From Acinetobacter sp. (GTDB taxonomy: Bacteria > Pseudomonadota > Gammaproteobacteria > Pseudomonadales > Moraxellaceae): DNA of 64,000 nucleotides. The translations under genes were made by a program, and so were the position numbers. The stretch lies in NCBI RefSeq assembly GCF_045628685.1, contig NZ_JAZQPV010000117.1, positions 9,312 through 73,311 on the forward strand. The letters run 5' to 3'. Of this stretch, positions 1-9,189 are shown one piece after another; positions within the stretch are counted from its first letter, which is position 1; each line of letters begins with the position of its first letter. The notes under the pieces were generated by a model. It had not been told where the DNA came from, did not search any database, and worked only from the letters and a program-made list of their open reading frames with translations.

Positions 1-728
1 TTTTGACCATATTTCCGATTCAGTTGAAAAAAATGCCGAGCAAACTGCAAAATGGTCAATCTCTACTGTTTTATCCACTGATTGGTTTGATGATCGGTGT
101 AATTTTATTTGCCATCGCCACAGTCCTGCATGCATTGCCGGTAATCTTGCTGAGCAGTCTGATTTTAGTGGTCTGGATTTGGCTGACCGGTGGTTTACAT
201 CTGGATGGTTTAGCGGATACAGCCGATGCCTGGGTGGGTGGTTTTGGTGATAAAGAACGCACTTTAACAATCATGAAAGACCCGAGTTGCGGACCGATTG
301 GGGTTTTAAGTTTAATTATTCTGTGCCTGATTAAATGGTCAGTACTGTATGTATTATTAGAAAACCAACTGTATTTAGCGCTGCTTTTATTTCCGGTATT
401 GGGACGTTTAGCACCACTATTTTTATTTTTGACTACACAATATGTACGCGAAAAAGGTTTAGGAGCTTCAATCGCAGAATTTATCCCTAAAACAGGTGCA
501 GTCATCATATTTGCCTTGTGTTTGGTTGCATCTGCATATTTTGCATGGGGAGGTATTTTAACTGCCCTAATATTTATAGGGACCTTAATCTATTTACGCT
601 ATAAATTTATCCAGCGGATTGGTGGCATTACTGGAGATACAGTCGGAGCAAGTATAGAGATTTGTGAAACGGTGAGTCTTTTAAGTCTGGTGATATTTAG
701 TTTTTATTTCTCTCTAGCTTGGCTTTAA
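1..728 (+). CDS. cobS: Adenosylcobinamide-GDP ribazoletransferase (cobalamin synthase), 5' end cut by window edge
   Basis: ORF open at window start; polytopic membrane protein with the LHLDGLADTADA motif typical of CobS. Confidence 0.85.
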   Translation, partial: LTIFPIQLKKMPSKLQNGQSLLFYPLIGLMIGVILFAIATVLHALPVILLSSLILVVWIWLTGGLHLDGLADTADAWVGGFGDKERTLTIMKDPSCGPIGVLSLIILCLIKWSVLYVLLENQLYLALLLFPVLGRLAPLFLFLTTQYVREKGLGASIAEFIPKTGAVIIFALCLVASAYFAWGGILTALIFIGTLIYLRYKFIQRIGGITGDTVGASIEICETVSLLSLVIFSFYFSLAWL

Positions 729-789
729 ATATTCTTGCGTGATTTAGCGCTATAGAATCAAGCATATATAAGTTCAAACTCTATAATTA

Positions 790-1482
790 TTAAAGATAAG
801 TCACTACAAATCGAATAATCACAGGTCCAAATAACATCATAAATACCCCAGCAAGTACCATGGTTAAACAGGCAATCACACCTTCTTCACGATGACGAAT
901 AAAGGCTTTACTGGTGCCGAAACCGTGTGCTGAATTACCTAAAGCTGCTCCTTGCGCAAAGCGTGAGTTTAACTTTAAGGCAAGTAAAATCATATCGGCC
1001 ATGGCAACCCCGGCAATACCGGTAATCATGGTGAATAAAATCACCAGTTCAACCGAACCGCCAATATTTGAAGTCAGTTCCATGGCAAATGGTGTAGAAA
1101 TAGAACGCGCCATTAAGCTATACGTGGTTTCTTGATTAAAGCTGAATAACTTTGCCAAATAAAATGAACTCATCACGCCAGCAGTCATTCCGACAACAAT
1201 ACCTAAACTAATTGATAGCACATGTTTTTTAATGACTTTTCGATATTCATAAATAGGCATAGCAAAAGCAAGGGTTGCAGGGCCAAGCATCCAGATCAGC
1301 CACTGGTTTTCAATCATGTAGGTATCATAAGAAATATTAAAAATCACCATTAATAAAATAATAACAAAGGGCACAAAAATTCCAGGCGCTAAAAGCGTAT
1401 AGGGATATTTTTGATACAGTTTTTTACCTAAGATATAGGCAATAAAAGTACCAATAAAGCAAAGAATAGCAATTAAGTTCAT
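790..1482 (-). CDS. lrgB: LrgB/CidB family membrane protein
   Basis: 230 aa polytopic protein with a LGPATLAFAMPIY-type motif, directly downstream of an LrgA-like gene (4-nt gap). Confidence 0.8.
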   Translation of the reverse strand: MNLIAILCFIGTFIAYILGKKLYQKYPYTLLAPGIFVPFVIILLMVIFNISYDTYMIENQWLIWMLGPATLAFAMPIYEYRKVIKKHVLSISLGIVVGMTAGVMSSFYLAKLFSFNQETTYSLMARSISTPFAMELTSNIGGSVELVILFTMITGIAGVAMADMILLALKLNSRFAQGAALGNSAHGFGTSKAFIRHREEGVIACLTMVLAGVFMMLFGPVIIRFVVTYL

Positions 1483-1486
1483 CTCA

Positions 1487-1924
1487 CTATCCCTGCTTGA
1501 GCAGTTGGTCAGAATAAGGCTTATGTTTTTGCTTTAGACGTACTTCCAGTTTAAAACCGAAATACACGCTATATGCAGTTGCAAGCATCACACAAATTGT
1601 GCCGATAAATACAGCAAGGATCAGTTGCCAACCTTGGGTTAAAAAGAGAGCTTTATATTTAATGATTCCAACCACACAGGGAATAAATAATAAGACCAAT
1701 TCTCCCAAAATAAAATCCGAACCCGTTTTGATCCATTGCAATTTAAATAGACCGCTCAGCAAAGCCAATAAAACCAGCAAAAGACCAATAACCCCGGCAG
1801 AGACAGGTAAATTGAATGTGTGCTGTATAATTGAAGCGACCCACCAAATAATGACCAGAAAACTCAATTGCAGAATAATTTGAGCAATATGAAGCAGCTT
1901 AAGTGAGAAGGATGACGTAGACAT
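1487..1924 (-). CDS. lrgA: LrgA/CidA holin-like family membrane protein
   Basis: 145 aa, four hydrophobic segments, paired with lrgB and a divergent LysR regulator. Confidence 0.75.
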   Translation of the reverse strand: MSTSSFSLKLLHIAQIILQLSFLVIIWWVASIIQHTFNLPVSAGVIGLLLVLLALLSGLFKLQWIKTGSDFILGELVLLFIPCVVGIIKYKALFLTQGWQLILAVFIGTICVMLATAYSVYFGFKLEVRLKQKHKPYSDQLLKQG

Positions 1925-2008
1925 AATAAGGAGAAATAAAAGCGTAGGTGTATTCTAGATTTGACCGATGATCCATATTATGAATAATAAAAAAAAGATT
2001 ATGCCTAA

Positions 2009-2920
2009 ATGGAATGTTTTGTGGATATTAAAAGCTTGACGATGTTCGTTAAAATTGTACAACTGCAAAGTTTTACCCGCACGGCTGAAGAAATGTGTGT
2101 CACGCAACCCACCATTAGTAAGGCCATTCATGCTTTAGAACAAGAAATTGGCGTACCATTGTTTCATAAGGGTGAAGCAGGTCGAAAACGCGATGTGGTT
2201 CTGACTTATATGGGGCAGCAAATTTATCAACATGCTTTAGTGATATTGAAAGAGCAACAACGTATTTTTGCAACCGTTACTAAAGTACGGCATTTGAAAC
2301 AGGGTAAATTAACCATCGGCCTTCCACCGGTCGGATCGGCATTATTGAGTAGCCTGATTGCCAAATTCCACAAGCAATATCCCGATATTGAATTAAGTTT
2401 TCTAGAAGTCGGTGCAACGGGCATTGAAGATGCCATTCTGGCTAAAAAAGTAGATGTAGGAATATTACTGGGGCATTTAAAGCCCATTTTAAGTGGCATT
2501 CCGATTATTGATTCGCCTTTATGCTTACTTTCACGTAAAAACACACAATGGAAAAATAGAGCAAAAGTTTCTTTAATCGAACTCAAAGAAGAGTCTTTTC
2601 TGCTTTATGCCGATACGTTCAGCTTAAATAATATGATTATACAAGCAGCCAATTATGTCGGATTTGAACCCAAGGTGGTGTGTAAAAGTAGCCAATGGGA
2701 CTTTATTGCAAAAATGGTGGAATTAGGGGTTGGAATCGCCTTGCTACCCAAAACCTATTGTGAGCAACTGGATCAGGAAAAATATAATATCAGTATCTTG
2801 GACAATCCGAATATCAACTGGACATTGAGTATGGCCTGGAATAACACGGTTGCCATGAACCCTGCAACTCGAGCCTGGCTCAAAATCATTGAAGAAAATC
2901 AGGACGAAATTCATTTTTAA
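2009..2920 (+). CDS. LysR family transcriptional regulator (CidR-like by position)
   Basis: N-terminal HTH (SFTRTAEEMCVTQPTISKAIHALEQEIG) plus LysR substrate domain; divergent from lrgAB. A GTG at 2021 is an alternative start. Confidence 0.85.
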   Translation: MECFVDIKSLTMFVKIVQLQSFTRTAEEMCVTQPTISKAIHALEQEIGVPLFHKGEAGRKRDVVLTYMGQQIYQHALVILKEQQRIFATVTKVRHLKQGKLTIGLPPVGSALLSSLIAKFHKQYPDIELSFLEVGATGIEDAILAKKVDVGILLGHLKPILSGIPIIDSPLCLLSRKNTQWKNRAKVSLIELKEESFLLYADTFSLNNMIIQAANYVGFEPKVVCKSSQWDFIAKMVELGVGIALLPKTYCEQLDQEKYNISILDNPNINWTLSMAWNNTVAMNPATRAWLKIIEENQDEIHF

Positions 2921-3143
2921 TTATTCAATCAACGATAAGATAAGCGGGATTTGGGTATAAGGATAAGATTGTAATAGACACTTTTAAAAGACCAAATATA
3001 ATCAAACCTTTAATCTAATATTTTCTAGCTTCACATTGCTAGCCTTTCACTATCAAAATGAATGCGCTCACTTTTCTGGGTTAAAGCTAAACCTATAGTT
3101 AATGTTTTTTCTTTATGAAATAGGATGATATTGGAGAACAACC

Positions 3144-3599
3144 ATGTTCAATCGCCAGAACCTTATCGGTCATTGGTGAGCGTTGGATATTGCTGATTCT
3201 ACGCAGTTCTTTTTTAGAAAAAAACCGTTTTGAGTCATTTCAACAAAATTTAGGTTCTAACATGTCGGGTGGTGCTATCTGAGCGTCTAAAACGTGTGAT
3301 TGAAATGAGATGTTAGTTAAATTTCTTTATGTACCAGGACACTAGCGATATGAATATCAGTTTAACTGAAAAGGATTTGCGCTTTATTCAATTTATAATA
3401 TCTATGGCAAATTGGGCAGATGAATAAATAAATGAGGGGGTCGGAAAGCCGACGCAATATGTATAAAAACTGCGGTCATAAAATCACACCACGACTGGTA
3501 TGGTCCGAATGCAATGAACCCCTTCATGCTAAGCAAGTCAAACCGGAATTAACTCAAGATTATTTCAATTATTTAGAACAATATAAAATACAGTCTTAA
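3144..3599 (+). pseudogene. Decayed HxlR-family (DUF24) transcriptional regulator
   Basis: HxlR-like segments (RWILLILRSSFLEKNRFESFQQNLG; VLSERLKRVIE; RYEYQ..KG.ALY; WADE; KNCGHKITPRLVWSECNEPL) are spread over different frames and interrupted by several stops. Confidence 0.7.
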
Positions 3600-3616
3600 A
3601 AATTAACTCATCACAT

Positions 3617-3940
3617 TTATAGACAATTTGGTGGTTTTGGAATGCCTGCCAAACGGCTTAAATGGCGTGCCACCAAACCCGTATTAAATTTATCTTGTAA
3701 CACTGCATTATTAATGTCGGAACTGACTGTTTTCATCAGAAATTTAATCAGCGGACGCGTCGCAGGCGAATGACCAAACTGTTGGTAGAACTGGCGTACT
3801 GCATGCAAGACTTCAAAATGCCATGCTGTAAGCTCTAAATCTAAAGTATTTGCCAATTCTTGTGCAACAGTTTCATTCCAAAGGGTGTAATCGACTAAGT
3901 GACCATCTTGATCGAGCTTTAAATTCATCATAAATCTCAA
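3617..3940 (-). CDS. tusE: Sulfurtransferase TusE/DsrC family
   Basis: 107 aa, C-terminal PKPPNCL with conserved Cys, last gene of the tusDCB cluster. Confidence 0.85.
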   Translation of the reverse strand: MRFMMNLKLDQDGHLVDYTLWNETVAQELANTLDLELTAWHFEVLHAVRQFYQQFGHSPATRPLIKFLMKTVSSDINNAVLQDKFNTGLVARHLSRLAGIPKPPNCL

Positions 3941-3941
3941 A

Positions 3942-4253
3942 TTAGTTCAAACGGATACAGCGGGTGTGAGACAGGCAAATATCGGCAAACTCCACATAAG
4001 AAATAATTTTCATATTCTCTGTCTTTTGTCCTGCCAAGATTTCAGCATCGCGATCCAAAACATAAATACAATTCAATTGTTGCAAGAAAGGCTGTTGAAA
4101 CTGCAGGACAGATTCACCCATTAAAATCACGGTATCTTCAGGACTGTAGAGTTGTTCTAGTTTTACCAGTACCGATGGTGTAGCGGAAAAATTACTTTGC
4201 ACTAAATATAAGCTTTTATTCGCCATGATCATTTCACTCTTCATCTTTACCAA
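3942..4253 (-). CDS. tusB: Sulfurtransferase complex subunit TusB/DsrH
   Basis: About 100 aa DsrH-like protein between tusC and tusE. Start uncertain (4253, or 4226 at MANKSLY). Confidence 0.7.
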   Translation of the reverse strand: MVKMKSEMIMANKSLYLVQSNFSATPSVLVKLEQLYSPEDTVILMGESVLQFQQPFLQQLNCIYVLDRDAEILAGQKTENMKIISYVEFADICLSHTRCIRLN

Positions 4254-4606
4254 TACAGCACAAAATCAAAAAATTGAATCAACTCATTGTTTAAATCAAC
4301 AAGTTCAATAGCCTGCTGAGATTGAGTGACAAAATGAGTATGCTGGTTTTTATTTTCCACTAAAACAGGAGTAAGGTCGTAAAACTCAAAGCTATCGACC
4401 ATATTGGATGCAATTTTAAAGGCATGTTTAAGCTGTTCAAATTGCAGTTCTGAGTTGAGTAAACTCAAGGCTGCATCTTGTAGCAAAACTTTGACTTCAC
4501 AGCCAAAAGTCGCCAGCACCATCGTAGCGGACAAGCTTTCATGTATTTGTAAATTGGCAAGATTGGCTTGAGTTAAAATAACGAGTACAGATTTCACACA
4601 ATTCAC
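4247..4606 (-). CDS. tusC: Sulfurtransferase complex subunit TusC/DsrF
   Basis: 119 aa DsrE/F fold, gene order D-C-B. Confidence 0.75.
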   Translation of the reverse strand: MNCVKSVLVILTQANLANLQIHESLSATMVLATFGCEVKVLLQDAALSLLNSELQFEQLKHAFKIASNMVDSFEFYDLTPVLVENKNQHTHFVTQSQQAIELVDLNNELIQFFDFVLYW

Positions 4607-4640
4607 CTTTTAAAAGCAACAGATTCCAAAAAATAACGTC

Positions 4641-5009
4641 TTAGAATTGAATCAGACGTTGTGCTGATTGGACGGCATCTGCAAGTTCACCCAGTCCAAC
4701 CAATTCAAAACCTTGTGCAAGATTATGTTGGCTGATTTGATGTCGTTTTGCATTTTCCAGATCGGTAATCCCACGTGCTAATGCAGCACTGACACAAACC
4801 GGTAAGCGAATGGCTAACTTTTGCCACTCTGCAGTTAAATGACGTTGATCATCAGGAACCCACTGCAAGGCATTCGCAACAGAAACACCGTCCTGATAGA
4901 AAAACACGCGAAATTCCTGACTCTTAGTGTGTAAGGCCTGTGCTAAACCCAGAGCATGCCAGGCATAGATCGAGGTTGGAGCGGAGGTAATTAGTAATAA
5001 GGTACTCAT
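4641..5009 (-). CDS. tusD: Sulfurtransferase complex subunit TusD/DsrE
   Basis: 122 aa; the LPVCVSAALARG segment carries the conserved Cys of TusD. Confidence 0.8.
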   Translation of the reverse strand: MSTLLLITSAPTSIYAWHALGLAQALHTKSQEFRVFFYQDGVSVANALQWVPDDQRHLTAEWQKLAIRLPVCVSAALARGITDLENAKRHQISQHNLAQGFELVGLGELADAVQSAQRLIQF

Positions 5010-5080
5010 CGAAATTCACTTGAGGAATGCTCAATCCAATGTTGATACATCCAAACTTCATAAGAAAAAGGTAGTATACA

Positions 5081-6088
5081 ATGATTTTAGTGACTGGTGG
5101 TTTAGGCTTTATAGGTTCTCATATTGCTTTAAGCCTCATGGCGCATGGGCAAGAAGTCATTATTGTCGATAATTTATCCAATGCAAATTTACAAACGTTA
5201 GAACGACTCGAATTTATTTCAGGCATGTATGTGCCATTTGTCAAAATCGATATCCGAAATACCCCGGCTTTAAACAAAGTTTTTGAACAATATTCTGTAG
5301 AAGCGGTCATTCATAACGCAGGCTTTAAATCAATTGAAGAATCGGTGCTTAAACCGCTGGAATACTATAATGATAATGTCAGTTGTATCATGAGTTTGCT
5401 ACGTGCCATGCAGCGCACTGGTGTACGAAATTTAATTCATTTATCCAGTTTGGCGGTATATGGGCAGTCAAGTTTAACTCTGTCAGAAGACATGCCTTTT
5501 AACTATTCCTATCCGAATCCTTATATCAAGTCGCAACAAATGGCAGAAGAAATAATCAGAGATACTGCACTAACAGACAGTGAATGGAAAATTGCAATTT
5601 TGAGAGTATGTAATATTGCAGGTGCATTTGAACATGCTGTTTTAGGGGAGTTTGTTGCCCCCTTGCCTAAAAATATTATTCCACTGGCATTGCAAGCTGC
5701 AGCCAAGCAACGCGACTATATTGAGTTACGTCAACAAGCTCATACCTTAGATCGTACTGTCGAGCGCAGTTTTCTACATGTGTTAGATTGCTGTGATGCG
5801 ATTATCGCGACTTTACAGTGGTTAAGAAATCAGCCTTATACTTGTGATGCTTTTAATATTGCAGGGCAGAATATGTCGATTCGTGCCCTACTGAGTGAAG
5901 TCGCCAAAGTGACCAAGAGCGAAATTAAAACTATCGATGCACCGTTTTATGCCTATGCTGAATTAGACCAGATTGGAGCAACTTCAGACAAAGCACGGAA
6001 AATTTTAAAATGGCAGCCCAAACGCACGATGACCCAAATCATAGAAGATTCTTGGCGGTTTTATCAGCAAACACTTAAAGGGCGTTAA
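5081..6088 (+). CDS. NAD-dependent epimerase/dehydratase, GalE-like, with an atypical catalytic motif
   Basis: N-terminal VTGGLGFIGSH Rossmann motif and overall GalE-like layout; the SDR YxxxK motif reads Y148-I-K-S-Q152. Confidence 0.75.
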   Translation: MILVTGGLGFIGSHIALSLMAHGQEVIIVDNLSNANLQTLERLEFISGMYVPFVKIDIRNTPALNKVFEQYSVEAVIHNAGFKSIEESVLKPLEYYNDNVSCIMSLLRAMQRTGVRNLIHLSSLAVYGQSSLTLSEDMPFNYSYPNPYIKSQQMAEEIIRDTALTDSEWKIAILRVCNIAGAFEHAVLGEFVAPLPKNIIPLALQAAAKQRDYIELRQQAHTLDRTVERSFLHVLDCCDAIIATLQWLRNQPYTCDAFNIAGQNMSIRALLSEVAKVTKSEIKTIDAPFYAYAELDQIGATSDKARKILKWQPKRTMTQIIEDSWRFYQQTLKGR

Positions 6089-6099
6089 ATAAAATACAT

Positions 6100-6118
6100 G
6101 TAAATAATAATCATTTAC
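6100..6118. promoter_or_regulatory. Candidate Fur box upstream of fumC
   Basis: gtaaataataatcatttac matches 14 of 19 positions of GATAATGATAATCATTATC, about 90 nt upstream of the fumC ATG. Confidence 0.35.
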
Positions 6119-6204
6119 AATTTAATGATGTTTGATTAAGATTATTAAACAGGTCAAAACAGATGAAGCTCAATTTATAAAACTATATGGAAATGAGGTT
6201 GAGG

Positions 6205-7599
6205 ATGCAGACACGTATTGAATACGACACTATGGGTGAGGTTGACGTTCCGAGTGAAGCAATGTGGGGTGCGCAAACACAGCGTAGTTTGCAAAACTTT
6301 AAAATTGGGCAAGAGCGCTTACCACGAGCGATGATTCGTGCGATGGGGCTGGTAAAAAAAGCAGCCGCGATTACCAATGCGGAGTTAGATCAAATTCCTT
6401 ATGAATTATCACATTATATTGTGAATGCAGCTGAAGAAGTGATTGCGGGAAAATGGGATGGGGAGTTTCCATTGGTAGTGTGGCAAACCGGTTCAGGCAC
6501 ACAAAGTAATATGAACTGTAATGAAGTGATTGCCAATATTGCCAACCAAAAACTGGGCAATCCTTTAGGTTCGCAAAAACCGGTACACCCGAATGATCAT
6601 GTAAACCGAGCACAATCAACCAATGACTCATTTCCAACCGCTATTCATGTGGCAGCGAGCTTACAAATCAATGAATTACTGATTCCTGCAGTACAACATT
6701 TACGCAATACCTTAGACGAAAAATCAAAACAATTTTCAAATATTGTAAAAATTGGACGTACCCATTTACAGGATGCCACGCCGTTAACGCTGGGACAAGA
6801 ATTTAGTGGTTATGTGTCACAGCTTGATCACGGATTGAAACGCCTTTATCAAGCGCTTGAAGGCTTGTATGAGCTGCCTTTGGGTGGGACAGCAGTGGGA
6901 ACGGGTTTAAATGCACATCCGGAATATGCCGAAAAAGCAGCGGCAAAATTGGCGATATTAACCAATTTGCCATTTGTTACGGCACCAAATAAATTTGAAG
7001 CTCTAGCAGGGCGTGATGCAGCAGTTTTTGCTTCGGGTGCATTAAAAACATTAGCTGTCAGTCTCAATAAAATTGCCAATGATATTCGCTGGTTAGCCAG
7101 TGGACCACGTTGCGGTCTGGGTGAAATTCGTATTCCTGAGAATGAACCTGGCTCCAGCATTATGCCGGGCAAGGTTAATCCCACCCAGAGTGAAGCCATG
7201 ACCATGGTGGTGGCACAAGTATTGGGTAATGATACGACCATTAATGTCGCGGGGGCATCGGGTAACTTTGAATTAAATGTATTCATGCCTGTGATTGCCT
7301 TTAACTTATTGCAATCGATTCAATTATTGGGAGATGTATGTAATAGTTTTAATGATAATTGCGCAGTTGGCGTTGAGCCAAACCATGAAAAAATTGATTA
7401 TTTCCTGCATAACTCACTCATGTTAGTCACGGCTTTAAATTCAGTAATTGGATACGAAAATGCTGCGAAAGTGGCAAAAACTGCTTATAAAGAAGGCAAG
7501 ACCTTAAAACAGGTGGCAGTTGAATTAAACCTGGTGACAGCAGAACAGTTTGATGCCGTGGTGATTCCCGAAAATATGGTTTCACCTAACGCGAAATAG
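6205..7599 (+). CDS. fumC: Class II fumarate hydratase
   Basis: 464 aa from [13 protein letters not shown]; [13 protein letters not shown] signature. Confidence 0.95.
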   Translation: MQTRIEYDTMGEVDVPSEAMWGAQTQRSLQNFKIGQERLPRAMIRAMGLVKKAAAITNAELDQIPYELSHYIVNAAEEVIAGKWDGEFPLVVWQTGSGTQSNMNCNEVIANIANQKLGNPLGSQKPVHPNDHVNRAQSTNDSFPTAIHVAASLQINELLIPAVQHLRNTLDEKSKQFSNIVKIGRTHLQDATPLTLGQEFSGYVSQLDHGLKRLYQALEGLYELPLGGTAVGTGLNAHPEYAEKAAAKLAILTNLPFVTAPNKFEALAGRDAAVFASGALKTLAVSLNKIANDIRWLASGPRCGLGEIRIPENEPGSSIMPGKVNPTQSEAMTMVVAQVLGNDTTINVAGASGNFELNVFMPVIAFNLLQSIQLLGDVCNSFNDNCAVGVEPNHEKIDYFLHNSLMLVTALNSVIGYENAAKVAKTAYKEGKTLKQVAVELNLVTAEQFDAVVIPENMVSPNAK

Positions 7600-7616
7600 A
7601 CATCTCAAGGCTTGAA

Positions 7617-7645
7617 CACTGATCTATTGATCATCAGTGGTTTTT
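7617..7645 (+). terminator. Intrinsic terminator after fumC
   Basis: 7-bp stem cactgat/atcagtg followed by gttttt. Confidence 0.6.
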
Positions 7646-7700
7646 ATCTGCTGCATATATGCGTACAATATAGAGAGAAAATAACTGCTGATGATTGATT

Positions 7701-8192
7701 ATGCTTGATGTTTATTTAACGGATGTTCAGAAAAAGGTGCAATTCAAGGATTATCCTGGCGAGCATCCTGTTAAATTTATTTTGAATTTTAAAAAGATTT
7801 TTCCGAGCGTGATGGAGCTGCTGCTTCCTGTGCTTCCTAACGATGAAAATCTGGATGAAATAACCTGGGAATCGACTACAAAAGATTTTGAGTTGTTCAA
7901 ATTATTGTTAAGTGGCTGGGGTGTAATTGAATTACGTTTAAATGCGATTACCCAATTTAAAAATAAGAACTATGCAGACCAATTGGTAAAAGCCGCGCAG
8001 CAAAAACGTCGCGAGTTTGCAAAAGCCAATAAAATGCTGAAAACAGTTGAACTGGATTACTTATTTATGCACGAAATTCATGCATTAATTGATGCTGAAC
8101 TGGTTGAAATTGGTGAGAAATTCTATTTACCAACCTTACGTGATATCTGGAAGCATAAGGTATCGCAAAGTGTCTTGAATGCTAAATTCTGA
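7701..8192 (+). CDS. Hypothetical protein
   Basis: 163-aa ORF from the first ATG, own terminator downstream; no family recognised. Confidence 0.55.
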   Translation: MLDVYLTDVQKKVQFKDYPGEHPVKFILNFKKIFPSVMELLLPVLPNDENLDEITWESTTKDFELFKLLLSGWGVIELRLNAITQFKNKNYADQLVKAAQQKRREFAKANKMLKTVELDYLFMHEIHALIDAELVEIGEKFYLPTLRDIWKHKVSQSVLNAKF

Positions 8193-8213
8193 AACACCCT
8201 GAAATATAATAAG

Positions 8214-8240
8214 AATCCTCCAAATATTGGGGGATTTTTT
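8214..8240 (+). terminator. Intrinsic terminator
   Basis: Stem aatcctcc/gggggatt (one G-U pair) followed by a T-run. Confidence 0.6.
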
Positions 8241-8473
8241 ATGGCTGGTTTGTTTATGAAAGGCATGTTTAAATTGTATGCAAGTTTTTATATAAAAAAT
8301 TAAAGATTTAATTATCAATAAAATGTACTAGATATTGGAATTATTATTGCATATGGTAGGGCAACAACAAATTTGCATCTGCATTGTTATAAAAGTTGAT
8401 ATTTCACATTTTATTAACAGTGCAGGCAGGTTGTTACAAATCTTCCCGAGGAAATATCAAAGGATTTCATTCA

Positions 8474-9076
8474 ATGTCGAATCAGTTTTTAGATTTAATT
8501 AATAAACGCCGTACCATTTATGCCGTGGGTAAAAATGTAGAGCAAAGCCCAGAATACTTAACTGAATTGATTCAACATGCAATTAAGCAAAGCCCATCAT
8601 CTTTTAACTCGCAATCTTCACGTGCTGTGATTTTATTTAATGATGAGCATGAAAAATTTTGGGGCTTTGTGAAAGAAAAACTCAAGTCTTATGCAAAAGA
8701 TGAAGACGCTGCTGCAAAAACCAGTGCCAAAATGGACAGCTTTGCTGCAGGTGTCGGTACAGTTCTATTTTTTGAAGATATGGATGTGATTCAAGGCCTG
8801 CAACAACAGTTCCCATCTTATGCCGATAACTTCCCGATTTGGGCAGAACATTCAACCGCGATTGCGCAGTTCGCGACTTGGACGGCATTACATACCGATG
8901 GTCTAGGTGCCTCACTTCAGCATTACAACCCAATTGTAGATGAACAAGTTCAGGCAGAATGGAATATTCCTGCAAGCTGGAAACTGCGTGCCCAGTTGGT
9001 GTTTGGTTCCGTAGAAGGTGAAGCCAAAGCCAAAGGCTACATAGATGATGCAGTGCGTTTTAAAGTATTTAAGTAA
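8474..9076 (+). CDS. Nitroreductase family protein
   Basis: 200 aa from MSNQFLDLINKRRTIYAVGK, an N-terminus typical of the FMN nitroreductase fold. Confidence 0.75.
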   Translation: MSNQFLDLINKRRTIYAVGKNVEQSPEYLTELIQHAIKQSPSSFNSQSSRAVILFNDEHEKFWGFVKEKLKSYAKDEDAAAKTSAKMDSFAAGVGTVLFFEDMDVIQGLQQQFPSYADNFPIWAEHSTAIAQFATWTALHTDGLGASLQHYNPIVDEQVQAEWNIPASWKLRAQLVFGSVEGEAKAKGYIDDAVRFKVFK

Positions 9077-9102
9077 TTATTGATTTTAAAAGAAAGAAAA
9101 TG

Positions 9103-9135
9103 AAAAGAGAGGTCATATTGACCTCTCTTTGTTTG
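9103..9135. terminator. Bidirectional intrinsic terminator between convergent genes
   Basis: 10-bp stem agagaggtca/tgacctctct, 3-nt loop, A-run upstream and T-rich tail downstream. Confidence 0.8.
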
Positions 9136-9189
9136 AATCCCGTTTTATAAAAGGAGATTTTCAATTAACCCTATTTTTTAGATTTATTC

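Noticed and set aside
71-508. Antisense or shadow ORFs listed in the track inside longer, well-supported genes. Examples are 71-508, 914-1135, 1599-1883, 2227-2586, 6849-7286, 11846-12280, 13036-13347, 45968-46357, 56359-56694 and 63168-63509.
   Set aside because: Each lies wholly within a longer ORF on the other strand or frame that has clear family motifs. None has its own recognisable domain or Shine-Dalgarno. They are typical shadow ORFs.
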